Origin: Dendrobates tinctorius
Taxonomy: Eukaryota
Length of the DNA: 64,000 bases
Reading direction: 5' to 3'
Assembly (NCBI RefSeq): GCF_039654945.1
Contig: NW_027361870.1
Span: 26,226,001-26,290,000, forward strand
The notes under the pieces are model-generated. The model searched no databases, was not told the origin of the DNA, and saw only the letters and a program-made list of their open reading frames with translations. Below, piece after piece: positions 25,524-37,838 of the stretch (position 1 is the stretch's first letter; each line of letters begins with the position of its first letter). The position numbers were made by a program, and so were the translations under genes.

Positions 25524-25809
25524 GTCCGGTCCGATGGGCGAGGCTTATTCAACTGCTCCCCCCCTCCCTGTCTTGCTCTACACAAGAAGAAATGCGTAGA
25601 GCAAGACAGGGAGGGGGGGAGCAGTTGAATAAGCCCCACCCAGCGGACCGGACAGCGGCAGTTTACATACATCTGAACCGATATATAAAAGGTATTTATG
25701 CACGAAAGGTGCGAGGTCAGGGGGAAGCAAAAGTACTAAGAGAATCCTTATGTGACACACAATTGAATGATATTATATGATATCTCAAAAAAGGAGTGAC
25801 AGATTCCCT
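25524..25809. mobile_element. Partial Kolobok/T2-type MITE with a central hairpin
   Basis: Hairpin 25524-25653 (~55-bp arms). Right end GGAGTGACAGATTCCCT|TTAA. Left end not found. Confidence 0.5.
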
Positions 25810-26379
25810 TTAACGCCCACGGATACACATCAAAACAGCGGCCGCTAAGGTGCCTTATTCCCTCAACTCCGTTTTAGTAAGGGTATGGCGCCCCCAGAGT
25901 CTGAAAATCTCCATTATTTTGGCTACACATGCCAGAGGAGAAAGAAATTAGGTCCCCAAGCCACCCCCCCGGTCCTCCGTCCGCCATCCCCGGGGCCCCC
26001 CTGCTCCGTCGCCCGGGCCTTACCATCCTCTTCCTGAAATAAAAATGGTGTAGTGCACCCGCTGAGATCTGCCGGACGGCGCCCACCAACAGATATGAAT
26101 TTTCCTATTGGTTCTTCACTTGATCACTGTGGTAGACCCTATCACAGTGATCAAAAGCCAACAATTAGTAAATCATCCCCCCGCATCATCCCCTTGGTCA
26201 GATTAATTTCTTTTTATTTAATAATTTTTTTTTCTTTCATTATTTGCTGTGATGGTTAGGGTTTGGCTCAGGGTTACGGTTGGGCTCAGGATTGGGCTTA
26301 GGGTTAGGGTTGAGCTTAGGGTTTGGGATTTTTAAAAAATAAATAAATAAATAAATAAAAATTGATGACGATAAACAAC

Positions 26380-26654
26380 TAGTGTTGAGCACAAAGGCTG
26401 GCTACTTGAGTTTGCATCAGGTGCTGCTTGGATATGCACAGGTGCTCAAGTGACATGCTCAAGTCCTCGCCCTGCATGTTTTGCGGATATTAGACAAGCC
26501 AAAAAAGACATGCAATGATTGCCTGCCATACAAGGGCAATCCACGGATATTTTTTGGCTGTCTAACAGCCTCAAAACATGCGGGGCAGGGCCTTGAGCAT
26601 GTCACTCGAGCACCTGATACAAACTCGACCAGTGAGCACTTGCGCTCAATACTA
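26380..26654. mobile_element. hAT-type MITE
   Basis: TAGTGTTGAGC...GCTCAATACTA termini and degenerate inverted arms. TSD not clean. Confidence 0.65.
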
Positions 26655-27589
26655 ATGACGACATAGTCAATATGATGACCTATCGCTATCAAATTCTGTG
26701 CAGTACCTTTGGGTTCAAAAATTGGGGCTACAGCATCATTTTAGAGGTAAAATTTAATTTAATTTTTTTTTTCATTCCACTTTGCTTTAATTCCTGTGCA
26801 GCACGTGAAGAGTTAACATTTTTGAAGTATTTGAGAGGTGCAGTTTTAAAAATGGTATCACTTTTGAGGAGTTTTCAATATATAGGCCCCTCAAAGTCCA
26901 TTGAAATCTGAATAGGTCCCCTAAAATACAGCAAGGTAGAAAAAATCCAGCATCTTTGGCAATAGAAAAGGTATTAAAACATGACTTTAAATGTCGACAT
27001 TTAAATATTGTAAGAGCAAAAAAAAAAACAATCTTACAAAATAAAAATAAGGAGAAAGGAGGCGGAAGGCACAGGTCTACGCGTTTTGAGCTCAGACGCT
27101 CTTTAGTCCTGACAATGTGTGTGTTCGGGGGCAAAAGATTTATGGGAGGCAATAAATGGGAGGGACCAATGAGACTCTAGGTATAATTAGACACAGGCCA
27201 TAAATTCAGTTCTCACTCATGGGTAAATACACACAGTTTAAATAGACATAGGAAAACAACACTCTCGTTGCTGTTGTGCCCCCAAGTCTTGTGTGGGAAT
27301 AAAGTGGTGACAACTTCTATTCCTCGGTGTCTGTCGCAGGACCATTAGTATCCATACAACCTCGGGGACCGGACCCCGGCCATGCACTTAGAACTTGAGG
27401 AAGGGCTCTGCTCTAACCCTAATCCTTAGTTCTTCTTCTCCTTACGTTCCGTACAAAACTATCTTTCTTATGGAGAATTAGGCTTTCTGAATGTCTCTTT
27501 CCTGTGCCAGCAGACCCAGGTCACTGAGGTCTGCTGCAGCACTTCCTTCAATCCATCCCACTCAGGGGATCTTCTCTCACAGAGTGACC

Positions 27590-30500
27590 TGTTATGATTG
27601 AGTCACCGTAGGAGGCAAAAACAGAAATGCTAGCTAAGTCCAGAAAACCAGAGAAGTTGGCAACTATCAGATTGCAGACCCCTGAACCTATCAACACAAC
27701 TAGCAGTAGCCGTGGGGGGTTCCTACGATGACCTAGACCCCTCGATCACAGCCGGAGAGATACATAGGCCTAAAGAAGGAAAGGGGAAATCTAACTGCCC
27801 CAGAGCAGACCCTAAAGCAATAGGCAGCCCCCCACATATAATGACGGTGAAGCAAGATGAAAACACTTACACAGACAGAAAGACAGGCTGAGCAAAGACG
27901 GGGCCCAAAAACTACCTAGATAGGAACGGATAGGAAGGCTGCTGTCTGCAATCTGCCAAAACCCTATCAGAGACAAAAGCCAACAAGCTGATATAAAAAT
28001 GGCCCTGAAGCAACTAAGCTTCAAAAACTAAATCAGCACTCAGGTACTTTCAGAAGACAGAGCTCACGGAACACTGCACACTCCAGCAGGGAGTGGCAGA
28101 ATCCAAAAAGCAAGAAAAACAAAAACAAATATTAAATGCAAAAAGGCAAAACAGAAAACTTAGCTTTAGGAGAGCAGGAATCAGACTGGTGTCCAAGAGT
28201 CCACAGAGAAATCACCCGCAGGGCAGAAAGGGCGTAGGCTGCCTTAAATACAGTCAGAGACTCCACTCAGCCAATCGTCTTCATTAGTCCCAGGTGCCTG
28301 ATAATCAGGCTCACTACCTTCCTTCACTAGAATAGGGAGTTCACCAGGCCTCAGTGACGGAGGGGAAAATGAACTCACAACAGTACCCCCCCCTTGAGGA
28401 GGGGTCACCGAACCCTCAACAACGCTACCAGGGCGATCAGGGTGAGCCCGATGAAAGGCACGCACCAATCTTTTGGGCATGAATATCAGAGGCAGAGACC
28501 CAGGAATTATCCTCCTGACCATAACCCTTCCACTTAACCAAATACTGGAGTCTCCGTCTAGCCAGACGGGAATCCAGAATTTTCTCTACCTCATATTCCA
28601 AGTTACCTTCAACCAATACAGGGTCCGGAGGTGCCACCTCAGGCACAACTGGCTCAACAAACCTCTTCAACAAGGACTTATGGAACACATTATGGATCTT
28701 AAATGTGACAGGAAGAGCCAAACGAAAAGAGACCGGATTAATAATCTCCAAAATCTTGTAAGGTCCAATAAATCTAGGCTTAAACTTAGGAGAAGCCACC
28801 TTCATAGCAATATTCTTTGATGATAGCCACACCATATCACCAATCTTAAACTGGGGACCAATGGTCCTATGTCGATTGGAAAACCACTGGGCCTTTTCCT
28901 GGGAGAGAGATAACTTATCCACCACTTGGTCCCAGATCTGGTGCATTCTCTCCACCACAGTGTCAACACCTGGGCAGGCAGAGGGCTCCACCTGCCCTGA
29001 CGAAAATCGAGGATGAAACCCAAAGTTACAAAAAAAAGGTGACATCAAAGTGGCAGAACTAGCTCTATTATTTAAAGCAAATTTGGCCAAGGGCAAAAAT
29101 GAAACCCAATCATCCTGATCAGCGGAAATAAAACATCTCAAATACGACTCCAAGGTCTGGTTTGTTCTCTCTGTCTGCCCATTGGTCTGAGGGTGAAAAG
29201 CAGAGGAGAAGGACAACTGAATTCCCAACTTGGAACAGAACGTCCTCCAAAATTTAGACACAAATTGAACTACTCTGTCAGATACAATGTTCTCAGGAAT
29301 CCCGTGCAAGCGAACCACCTGTTGCAAAAACAGGGGCACCAACTCAGAGGAAGATGGCAACTTAGGGAGTGGTACAAGATGAACCATCTTAGAGAACCTA
29401 TCACAAATCACCCAAATAACAGTCATTCTTTGAGAGACCGGCATATCAGAGATTAAATCTATTGAAATATGGGTCCATGGCCTCCTGGGGACCGGCAAAG
29501 GCATCAACAACCCACTAGAGCGAGAACAAGATTTAGACCGGGAGCAAGTCCCACAGGACTGCACAAAATTCCTGACATCATGAGACAAGGTGGGCCACCA
29601 AAAAGAGCGACTCACCAGATCTCTAGTACCAAAAATACCCGGATGACCAGCCAATGCAGAGCAATGAACTTCAGACATCACTCTCTTCTTCCACTGGTCA
29701 GGAACATACAACTTTCCACTGGGGCAATGCTCAGGTTTGTCCTCCTGGAACTCTTGCAGAGCAAGTCTCAAATCGGGCGAGATGGCAGAAAGAACTACCC
29801 CTTCGCCTAAGATGGTAGCAGGCTTGGTCACCACAGGAGAATCAGCAAAGAAACTCCTAGAGAGGGCGTCTGCCTTGACATTCTTAGTTCCAGGAAGGAA
29901 AGAGACCACAAAATCAAAACGTGTAAAAAACAAGGCCCACCTAGCCTGTCTAGGGTTCAAGCGTTTAGCCGACTCTAGGTAAATCAAATTTTTGTGGTCA
30001 GTGAGGACCACAACTTGATGTTTGGCTCCCTCCAACCAATGTCTCCACTCCTCAAATGCCCATTTCATGGCCAACAGTTCCCGATTCCCCACATCATAGT
30101 TACGATCAGATGAAGAGAACTTTCGGGAAAAGAAAGCACAGGTATTCATTTTAGATGTTACCGGATCCTTTTGGGACAACACTGCTCCTGCACCAATCTC
30201 AGAAGCATCCACCTCTACCTGAAACGGGAGTGAGACATCAGGTTGCCGCAGAACCGGGGCGGAGGTAAATCTACGCTTCAGCTCCTGAAAGGAAGCAACC
30301 GCCTCCGGAGACCAATTCAACACATCCGCACCCTTCCTGGTCAGGTCAGTCAATGGTTTGGCAATAATAGAAAATTTTGCTATAAATTTCCGATAAAAAT
30401 TAGCAAAACCCAAAAACTTCTGGAGGGCCTTCAAAGAAGTGGGCTGAACCCAATCATAAATGGCCTGTACCTTGGCCGGGTCCATTTCAATAGTTGACGG

Positions 30501-33500
30501 ATACAAAATAAATCCCAAAAAAGAAATCCTCTGTACTCCAAAAAGGCATTTTGATCCTTTGACATACAGAGAATTCTCTCTCAAGATCCGGAACACAGTC
30601 CGAATATGTTCCACATGAGCATCCCAATCCTTGGAGAAGATCAAAATATCGTCCAGATAGATAATCAAAAATTTATCGACAAAGTCTCGGAAAATATCGT
30701 TCATGAAGCACTGGAAGACAGAAGGGGCATTAGTGAGCCCAAAAGGCATCACCAGGTACTCAAAATGTCCCTCCGGAGTATTAAACGCCGTCTTCCATTC
30801 ATCCCCCTGCTTAATGCAGATAAGGTTATACGCTCCCCTGAGGTCAAGCTTGGTAAACCAGCAAGCGCCTCTGACTCTAGAGAATAGATCCGAAATCAGG
30901 GGTAACGGATACTGATATTTAATAGTAATTTTATTGAGGGCACGATAATCAATACACGGCCTTAAAGAACCATCCTTCTTGGCCACAAAAAAAAAACCGG
31001 CACCTAAGGGTGAAGAGGATGGTCTAATATGACCCTTCTCCAACGCCTCCTTAATATAGGACCGCATAGCCTCGTGCTCGGGTACAGATAAATTGAAGAG
31101 CCGACCCTTAGGAAATTTACACCCTGGGCTTAGTTCAATTGCACAGTCATAACTCCTATGAGGAGGCAAGGAGGCAGACTCATTCTCACTAAATACATCA
31201 TAGAAGTCCGCCAAATAGTCAGGAACCTCATGCGACTGAGGAGAGGTGGAAAAAACCGGAGCCTCACTAAAGGTACACCGGCAACCCCAACTCACCACAG
31301 ACACAGACTTCCAATCCAAAACTGGATTATGAATCTGCAACCAGGGAAATCCCAGAACAACGGCATCATGCAGACCATGCAACACCAAAAATCTGCAATT
31401 TTCTTGGTGGTCTGGGGCGACCCGCATGACCAACTGGGTCCAAAACTGAGGTTTATTTTTAGCCAGAGGGGTAGCATCAGTCCCCCTCAAAGGGATAGGC
31501 GTCTGCAGAGGTGTCAACGGAAATCCACAACGTTTAGCAAAATCCAAGTCCATTAGGTTTAGCGCTGCTCCCGAATCCACAAAAGCCTTGGCGGAAAATG
31601 TGGACAGGGAACAGATCAGAGTAATCACCAAAAGAAACTTAGGCTGAACCCCACGAACAGAAAACGTGTGTGCAAAGCGTTTCTCACATTTAGGACAAAC
31701 AGAAATAATATGTGAGGCATCTCCACAGAAAAAACACAGCTTATTGCGCCTTCTGAATTCCTGACGTTGCGCCTTAGACAAAACTCTATCACATTGCATA
31801 GGTTCAGACGTCTGTTCAACCGGTGGCAACACCTCTTGTGTAATCCTGCGTTCACGTAAACGCCAATCAACCTGAATGGCTAAAGACATAGAATCGTCCA
31901 GACCAGAGGGAACAGGAAATCCCACCATAGTATCTTTTACGGCTTCTGACAAACCCTTCCGAAAGAGAGCAGCCAAGGCACTATCATTCCAGGTAGTAAG
32001 GACCGCCCACTTTCGGAACTTTTGACAGTACAACTCTGCAGATTCTCGACCCTGGTTCAATGCTAACAGGGTCTTTTCAGCCTGATCAATAGCATTAGGT
32101 TCGTCGTACAGCAACCCCAAGGCTTGAAAAAATGCGTTCACATTAGTCAGAATAGGGTCATCTGGTTTCAAAGAAAACGCCCAATCCTGGGGATCGCCGC
32201 GCAGCAAAGAGATGACAATTTTAACCTGCTGCGCGGGGCTCCCTGACGAGTTAGGCTTCAAAGCAAAAAATAATTTACAATTATTTTTGAAACTCAAAAA
32301 TTTAGATCGATCCCCAAAAATTACATCAGGTGTGGGGATCTTTGGTTCAACAGCATGTGAACGAGCAAGATAGGCGGAAATTCCTCGCACTTCAGCAGCG
32401 AGCTGCTCCACACGATCAGACACTTGCTTTATCTCCATTGAGAGAAAAAAAAAAAAAAAATTCCCCCTACGGCCTCAGAGATATAGAGGAAAGAATATAC
32501 ACACACCTTTTTTTTTTTAAACACAATTCTTTCCTGCTATTGAGTACCCCAGGATCTGCGGTTTGGCGGGTGATTCTGTTATGATTGAGTCATAAAACAG
32601 AAATGCTAGCTAAGTCCAGAAAACCAGAGAAGTTGGCAACTATCAGATTGCAGACCCCTGAACCTATCAACACAACTAGCAGTAGCCGTGGAGAATTAGG
32701 CTTTCTGAATGTCTCTTTCCTGTGCCAGCAGACCCAGGTCACTGAGGTCTGCTGCAGCACTTCCTTCAATCCATCCCACTCAGGGGATCTTCTCTCACAG
32801 AGTGACCTGTTATGATTGAGTCACCGTAGGAGGCAAAAACAGAAATGCTAGCTAAGTCCAGAAAACCAGAGAAGTTGGCAACTATCAGATTGCAGACCCC
32901 TGAACCTATCAACACAACTAGCAGTAGCCGTGGGGGGTTCCTACGATGACCTAGACCCCTCGATCACAGCCGGAGAGATACATAGGCCTAAAGAAGGAAA
33001 GGGGAAATCTAACTGCCCCAGAGCAGACCCTAAAGCAATAGGCAGCCCCCCACATATAATGACGGTGAAGCAAGATGAAAACACTTACACAGACAGAAAG
33101 ACAGGCTGAGCAAAGACGGGGCCCAAAAACTACCTAGATAGGAACGGATAGGAAGGCTGCTGTCTGCAATCTGCCAAAACCCTATCAGAGACAAAAGCCA
33201 ACAAGCTGATATAAAAATGGCCCTGAAGCAACTAAGCTTCAAAAACTAAATCAGCACTCAGGTACTTTCAGAAGACAGAGCTCACGGAACACTGCACACT
33301 CCAGCAGGGAGTGGCAGAATCCAAAAAGCAAGAAAAACAAAAACAAATATTAAATGTAAAAAGGCAAAACAGAAAACTTAGCTTTAGGAGAGCAGGAATC
33401 AGACTGGTGTCCAAGAGTCCACAGAGAAATCACCCGCAGGGCAGAAAGGACGTAGGCTGCCTTAAATCCAGTCAGAGACTCCACTCAGCCAATCGTCTTC

Positions 33501-33600
33501 ATTAGTCCCAGGTGCCTGATAATCAGGCTCACTACCTTCCTTCACTAGAATAGGGAGTTCACCAGGCCTCAGTGACGGAGGGGAAAATGAACTCACAACA
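27590..33600 (-). mobile_element. Gypsy/chromovirus LTR retrotransposon, near full length and young
   Basis: LTRs at 27590-28382 and 32808-33600 (793 bp, TG...CA, 3 differences seen). PPT next to 28383. GTGACC on both outer flanks. Extra partial LTR at 32577-32691. Confidence 0.95.
28437..32438 (-). CDS. Gag-Pol polyprotein, single ORF of 1333 aa (Gag, Zn knuckle, PR, RT, RH, IN, chromodomain)
   Basis: CFFCGDASHIISVC, FVDSGA, YLDD, VDASEIG, HHCC, SDR/ERTN and EYEVEKILDSR...YLVKWKGY. Probable frameshift in the last ~15 codons and some non-conservative substitutions. Confidence 0.93.
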   Translation of the reverse strand: MEIKQVSDRVEQLAAEVRGISAYLARSHAVEPKIPTPDVIFGDRSKFLSFKNNCKLFFALKPNSSGSPAQQVKIVISLLRGDPQDWAFSLKPDDPILTNVNAFFQALGLLYDEPNAIDQAEKTLLALNQGRESAELYCQKFRKWAVLTTWNDSALAALFRKGLSEAVKDTMVGFPVPSGLDDSMSLAIQVDWRLRERRITQEVLPPVEQTSEPMQCDRVLSKAQRQEFRRRNKLCFFCGDASHIISVCPKCEKRFAHTFSVRGVQPKFLLVITLICSLSTFSAKAFVDSGAALNLMDLDFAKRCGFPLTPLQTPIPLRGTDATPLAKNKPQFWTQLVMRVAPDHQENCRFLVLHGLHDAVVLGFPWLQIHNPVLDWKSVSVVSWGCRCTFSEAPVFSTSPQSHEVPDYLADFYDVFSENESASLPPHRSYDCAIELSPGCKFPKGRLFNLSVPEHEAMRSYIKEALEKGHIRPSSSPLGAGFFFVAKKDGSLRPCIDYRALNKITIKYQYPLPLISDLFSRVRGACWFTKLDLRGAYNLICIKQGDEWKTAFNTPEGHFEYLVMPFGLTNAPSVFQCFMNDIFRDFVDKFLIIYLDDILIFSKDWDAHVEHIRTVFRILRENSLYVKGSKCLFGVQRISFLGFILYPSTIEMDPAKVQAIYDWVQPTSLKALQKFLGFANFYRKFIAKFSIIAKPLTDLTRKGADVLNWSPEAVASFQELKRRFTSAPVLRQPDVSLPFQVEVDASEIGAGAVLSQKDPVTSKMNTCAFFSRKFSSSDRNYDVGNRELLAMKWAFEEWRHWLEGAKHQVVVLTDHKNLIYLESAKRLNPRQARWALFFTRFDFVVSFLPGTKNVKADALSRSFFADSPVVTKPATILGEGVVLSAISPDLRLALQEFQEDKPEHCPSGKLYVPDQWKKRVMSEVHCSALAGHPGIFGTRDLVSRSFWWPTLSHDVRNFVQSCGTCSRSKSCSRSSGLLMPLPVPRRPWTHISIDLISDMPVSQRMTVIWVICDRFSKMVHLVPLPKLPSSSELVPLFLQQVVRLHGIPENIVSDRVVQFVSKFWRTFCSKLGIQLSFSSAFHPQTNGQTERTNQTLESYLRCFISADQDDWVSFLPLAKFALNNRASSATLMSPFFCNFGFHPRFSSGQVEPSACPGVDTVVERMHQIWDQVVDKLSLSQEKAQWFSNRHRTIGPQFKIGDMVWLSSKNIAMKVASPKFKPRFIGPYKILEIINPVSFRLALPVTFKIHNVFHKSLLKRFVEPVVPEVAPPDPVLVEGNLEYEVEKILDSRLARRRLQYLVKWKGYGQEDNSWVSASDIHAQKIGACLSSGSP

Positions 33601-34716
33601 GTGACCTAATCTGACTGACCCAGTCCTAATGAGCTCCCGCTCTCTTGTGCAGACTAAGCTCCACCCACCTCCCAGCACTCTTCGTGTTCCAAGCAGGGAA
33701 AGGTGCTTTGCTACACTACTATGTTGTGTGGGATGCAGGTGTTGGAGTGTGGTCAGGTGTCTCCACCTTACCTGAATGGTGGGGTACCACACCTCAGGAG
33801 GAGGTGCAGTACCTCTGTGGCGACTGAACCCTCAGGGGCGCCACACAAGTATAATAAATCAATTTTATAATTTAAGCCTTTTGGGTATCTGGTATCTAGC
33901 TTCAAAATCCAATGTGCTTCACACTTCAAATGCACCTTCTTCCAATAACCCCCTCTAGAAGGTCAATTAATCTTCTCAATGCTGATTATTGCCAAAGAAG
34001 TGGTATCACCTTGATGTCTATCTAGGAAGGGTCTGGAGATGCCTGACATTGAGGGTTTATTAAATGGATTGTATATGGCATGGTGTATATGTTCTGCTAA
34101 TCTGATTTTCAGTCTACGTTTATTAGAACTTACACACGTGGTCAAAATTGTTGGTACCCCTCGTTTAATGACAGAAAAGCCCACAATGGTCACAGAAATA
34201 ACCTGAATCTGACAAAACTAATAATAAATCAAAAACTATGAAAATGAACAAATGAAAGTCAGACATTGCTTTTCAACCATGCTTCCACAGAATTTAGAAA
34301 AAATAAATAAAACTCATGAAATAGGCCTGGACAGAAATGATGGTGCCTCTGAAAATAATGTGACAAAAGGGACATGTTAAATCAAGGTGTGTCCACTAAT
34401 TGGCATCACAGGTGTCTACAATCTTGGAATCAGTAAGTGGGCCTGTATAGAGGGCTATAGATACTCACTGTGCTGTTTGGTGACATGGTGTGTATGACAC
34501 TCAACATGGACCAGAGGAAGCAAAGGAAAGAGTTGTCTCAGGAGATTAGAAAGAAAATTATAGACAAACATGTTAAAGGTAAAAGTTATAAAACCAGCTC
34601 CAAGCAGCTTGATGCTCCTGTGCACTGGCGTAACTACCGGGGTAGCAGCCGAATCGGTTGCTTTGGGGCCCGGCCCATATAGGGGCCCAGGTCCCCGGCT
34701 CCGATCGGCGCTACCC

Positions 34717-36778
34717 CAGGGGCGGACCTACCGCCCGTGCACGGGGGCCCCAGGGGAGATGGGGCCCCTCCAGCATCGCATGGCTAATTATTCAAATTAG
34801 CCATGTGGAGCGCCAGGCACAAGGAGGAGAGGAGCCAGCCCTGAGGTGAGATGATATCAGCGTCAGTCACGCTGTGCTGCGCTGCTGCTGTGGGGGAGGA
34901 GAGGAGGAGACAGACTGTCTCACTCACTGTGCCTGTGGCGCCGGGCGGACGGTGGCTGCAGCCGNNNNNNNNNNNNNNNNNNNNNNNNNNNNNNNNNNNN
35001 NNNNNNNNNNNNNNNNNNNNNNNNNNNNNNNNNNNNNNNNNNNNNNNNNNNNNNNNNNNNNNNNNNNNNNNNNNNNNNNNNNNNNNNNNNNNNNNNNNNN
35101 NNNNNNNNNNNNNNNNNNNNNNNNNNNNNNNNNNNNNNNNNNNNNNNNNNNNNNNNNNNNNNNNNNNNNNNAGGAGATGTGGACATGAGAAGACTGTGAT
35201 GAGGAGAGAAGGTCATGATGCCCGGGGTAATGGGAGAAGGCCATGAGGGGTAATGGGAGAAGGCCATGGGGGGTGATGGAAAGAAGGCATTGATGGGGAG
35301 AAGGCAATGATGGGAGTGATGGAGAGAAGGGAGTGATGGGGAGAAGGCAATGATGGGAGTGATGGGGTGATGGAGCAGGCAATGATGGGGAGAAGGCAAT
35401 GATGGGAGTGATGGGGTGATGGAGCAGGCAATGATGGGGTGATGGAGCAGGCAATGATGGAAGTGATGGGGAGAAGGCAATGATAGGAGTGATGGGGTGA
35501 TGGAGCAGGCAATGATGGGAGTAGGCAATGATGGGAGTGATGGGGAGAAGGCAGTGATGGGGTGATGGAGAAGGCAATGATGGGAATGATGGGGGGAAGG
35601 CAATGATGGGAGTGATGGGGTGATGGAGCAGGCAATATTGGGGGTGATGGGAAGAAGGCATTGATGGGATGATGGAGAAGGCAATGATGGGAGTGATGGG
35701 GAGAAGGCAATGATGGGGGTGATGGAGAGAAGGCAATGATGGGGTGATGGAGAGGGCAATGATGGGGTGGTGGGGGAAAAAGAAATTATGATGGGGTGGT
35801 GGGGGAGAATGCACTGGTGGTGGTGGAAAGGGCAATAATGATGGGTGGTGGAGGAGGAGGAAATGATGGATGTGGTGGAATGGGCAATGATGGGAGTGGT
35901 GGGGGAGAAAGCAAAGATAGTGGTGGGGGAGAAGAAAATGATGGAGGTGGTGAAGAGGGCAATGATGGGATGGGGGAGATGACAATAATGGGATGCGAGG
36001 GGAGGAGGACAATGAGGGGTGTGGGGGATTGGGATGTTAGGAAGGGGGACTTATAATGGCCTTAGGAACAGGGGGAGGTGGAGGAAGACGGTATCGCTTA
36101 TTATGTCTAACACAGTCCCTTAGTATATAGTGTACTCACTATGTCTGACACAGTCCCTTAGTATATAGTGGACTCACTAATTCTGTATAACACCACCCTT
36201 AGTTACATAGTTTCCTATTTTATTATGTATAACACGTCCCTTGTTATTTACCATCCTCTCTAGTTATATATGGTACCGTTCCTTATTATATAGCTTCCTC
36301 TGCTGTTATGTATAGTGCTGTCTCTTACATAGTGTATTCTTGTTAATTTTGTTATTTACAGTGCCCTCTTTTATTACATAGTCCCCTCTCTTGTTAGATA
36401 TAAAATGACTGCTGATGGAGCAGCCGGTGACCAAACTACCAGTCCATCAGCTCCTCCATTAGAAAGGAAGCTTTCCCATGCTCCATCAGCCATCATTGCA
36501 TTATACAGCTAACAAGACAGGACGGTATGTAATACAAAACAGGGCTCTATATAATTCAATATGTAAGGGACGGTACTGTACATAAGAGAGGGCACTGTGT
36601 AAGGGACAGCAATATACATAATAAAGGAGACTATGTAATATATATACATGTATGTGTGTGGCTATATAATATCTATATATATATATATATATATATATAT
36701 AGCTTTGACGCCATAAAAAGAGGGGGGCCCAGACACATTTCTTGCACAGGGGCCCCAAGCTGTCAGTGTCCGCCCCTG
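34717..36778. mobile_element. Second non-autonomous hAT-type element nested in the first
   Basis: CAGGGGCGGAC...GTCCGCCCCTG; TSD CGCTACCC/TGCTACCC. Contains an N-gap at 34965-35171. Confidence 0.8.
35173..36050. repeat. Purine-rich minisatellite (GATGGG/GAGAAGGCAATGATGGGAGT mosaic)
   Basis: Tandem degenerate units. Confidence 0.85.
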
Positions 36779-37397
36779 TGCTACCCGGTAGTGCAATTTA
36801 ATTAAGTACATTACTGCGGCGCCCCGGCGGGTGCTGTGGGTGGCCAACGCTGTCTTGGGGGCCCACCGGCCCGGTGCGTGTAGTGTAGGGGATCCGGGAC
36901 CCCGGCGGAAAAAAATGTACACTATGATTTTGCAGCCTATGCTGCATTTCTGTGCCTGCTGTGCGGAGCGAAGCACATATTGGGCCCGCCTCCCTGCCTG
37001 CAGCCAGTCACAGAGTGTATTGCTTCAGACTAGTTCAGTCCGCCCCTTCCCTGAGCCCTCCCTGTCTATTAGCTCTCTGCCGTTTAAAAGTTTGCTATGG
37101 GGCCCAATCAGTTCTAGTTACGCCCCTGCACCTGTGACAACAGTTGTACATTTTTTCAGAAATATAAGCTCCATGGGACTGTAGCCAACTTCCCTGGACG
37201 TGGCTGCAGGAGGAAAATTGATGTCAAATCAAAGAGACGGATAATACGAATGGTAACAAAAGACCCCAGAAAAACTTCTAAAACGATTAAAGGTGAACTT
37301 TAAGCTCAAGGAACATCAGTGTCAGATCGCACCATCCGTCGTTGTATGAGTCAAAGTGGACTTCATGGGAGATGACCAAGGAGGACACCATTGTTGA

Positions 37398-37838
<441 letters not shown>

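Larger units (their letters stand above)
27288..33845 (-). mobile_element. Probable solo LTR (~540 bp of own sequence) hosting the Gypsy insertion
   Basis: Right end ...GGGGCGCCACA. CAAGT is duplicated at 27283-27287 and 33846-33850; the left TG is offset by 2 nt. Confidence 0.55.
34623..37128. mobile_element. Non-autonomous hAT-type element inside the Tc1 transposase
   Basis: CACTGGCGTAACTA...TAGTTACGCCCCTG; TSD CTCCTGTG/CACCTGTG (7 of 8). Confidence 0.8.

Noticed and set aside
28437-32438. PEG10/RTL1 host gene
   Set aside because: Flanked by near-identical LTRs, a PPT and a TSD: a retrotransposon.
34920-36056. Pro/His/Ser-rich long ORFs
   Set aside because: Minisatellite translation plus read-through of an N-gap.
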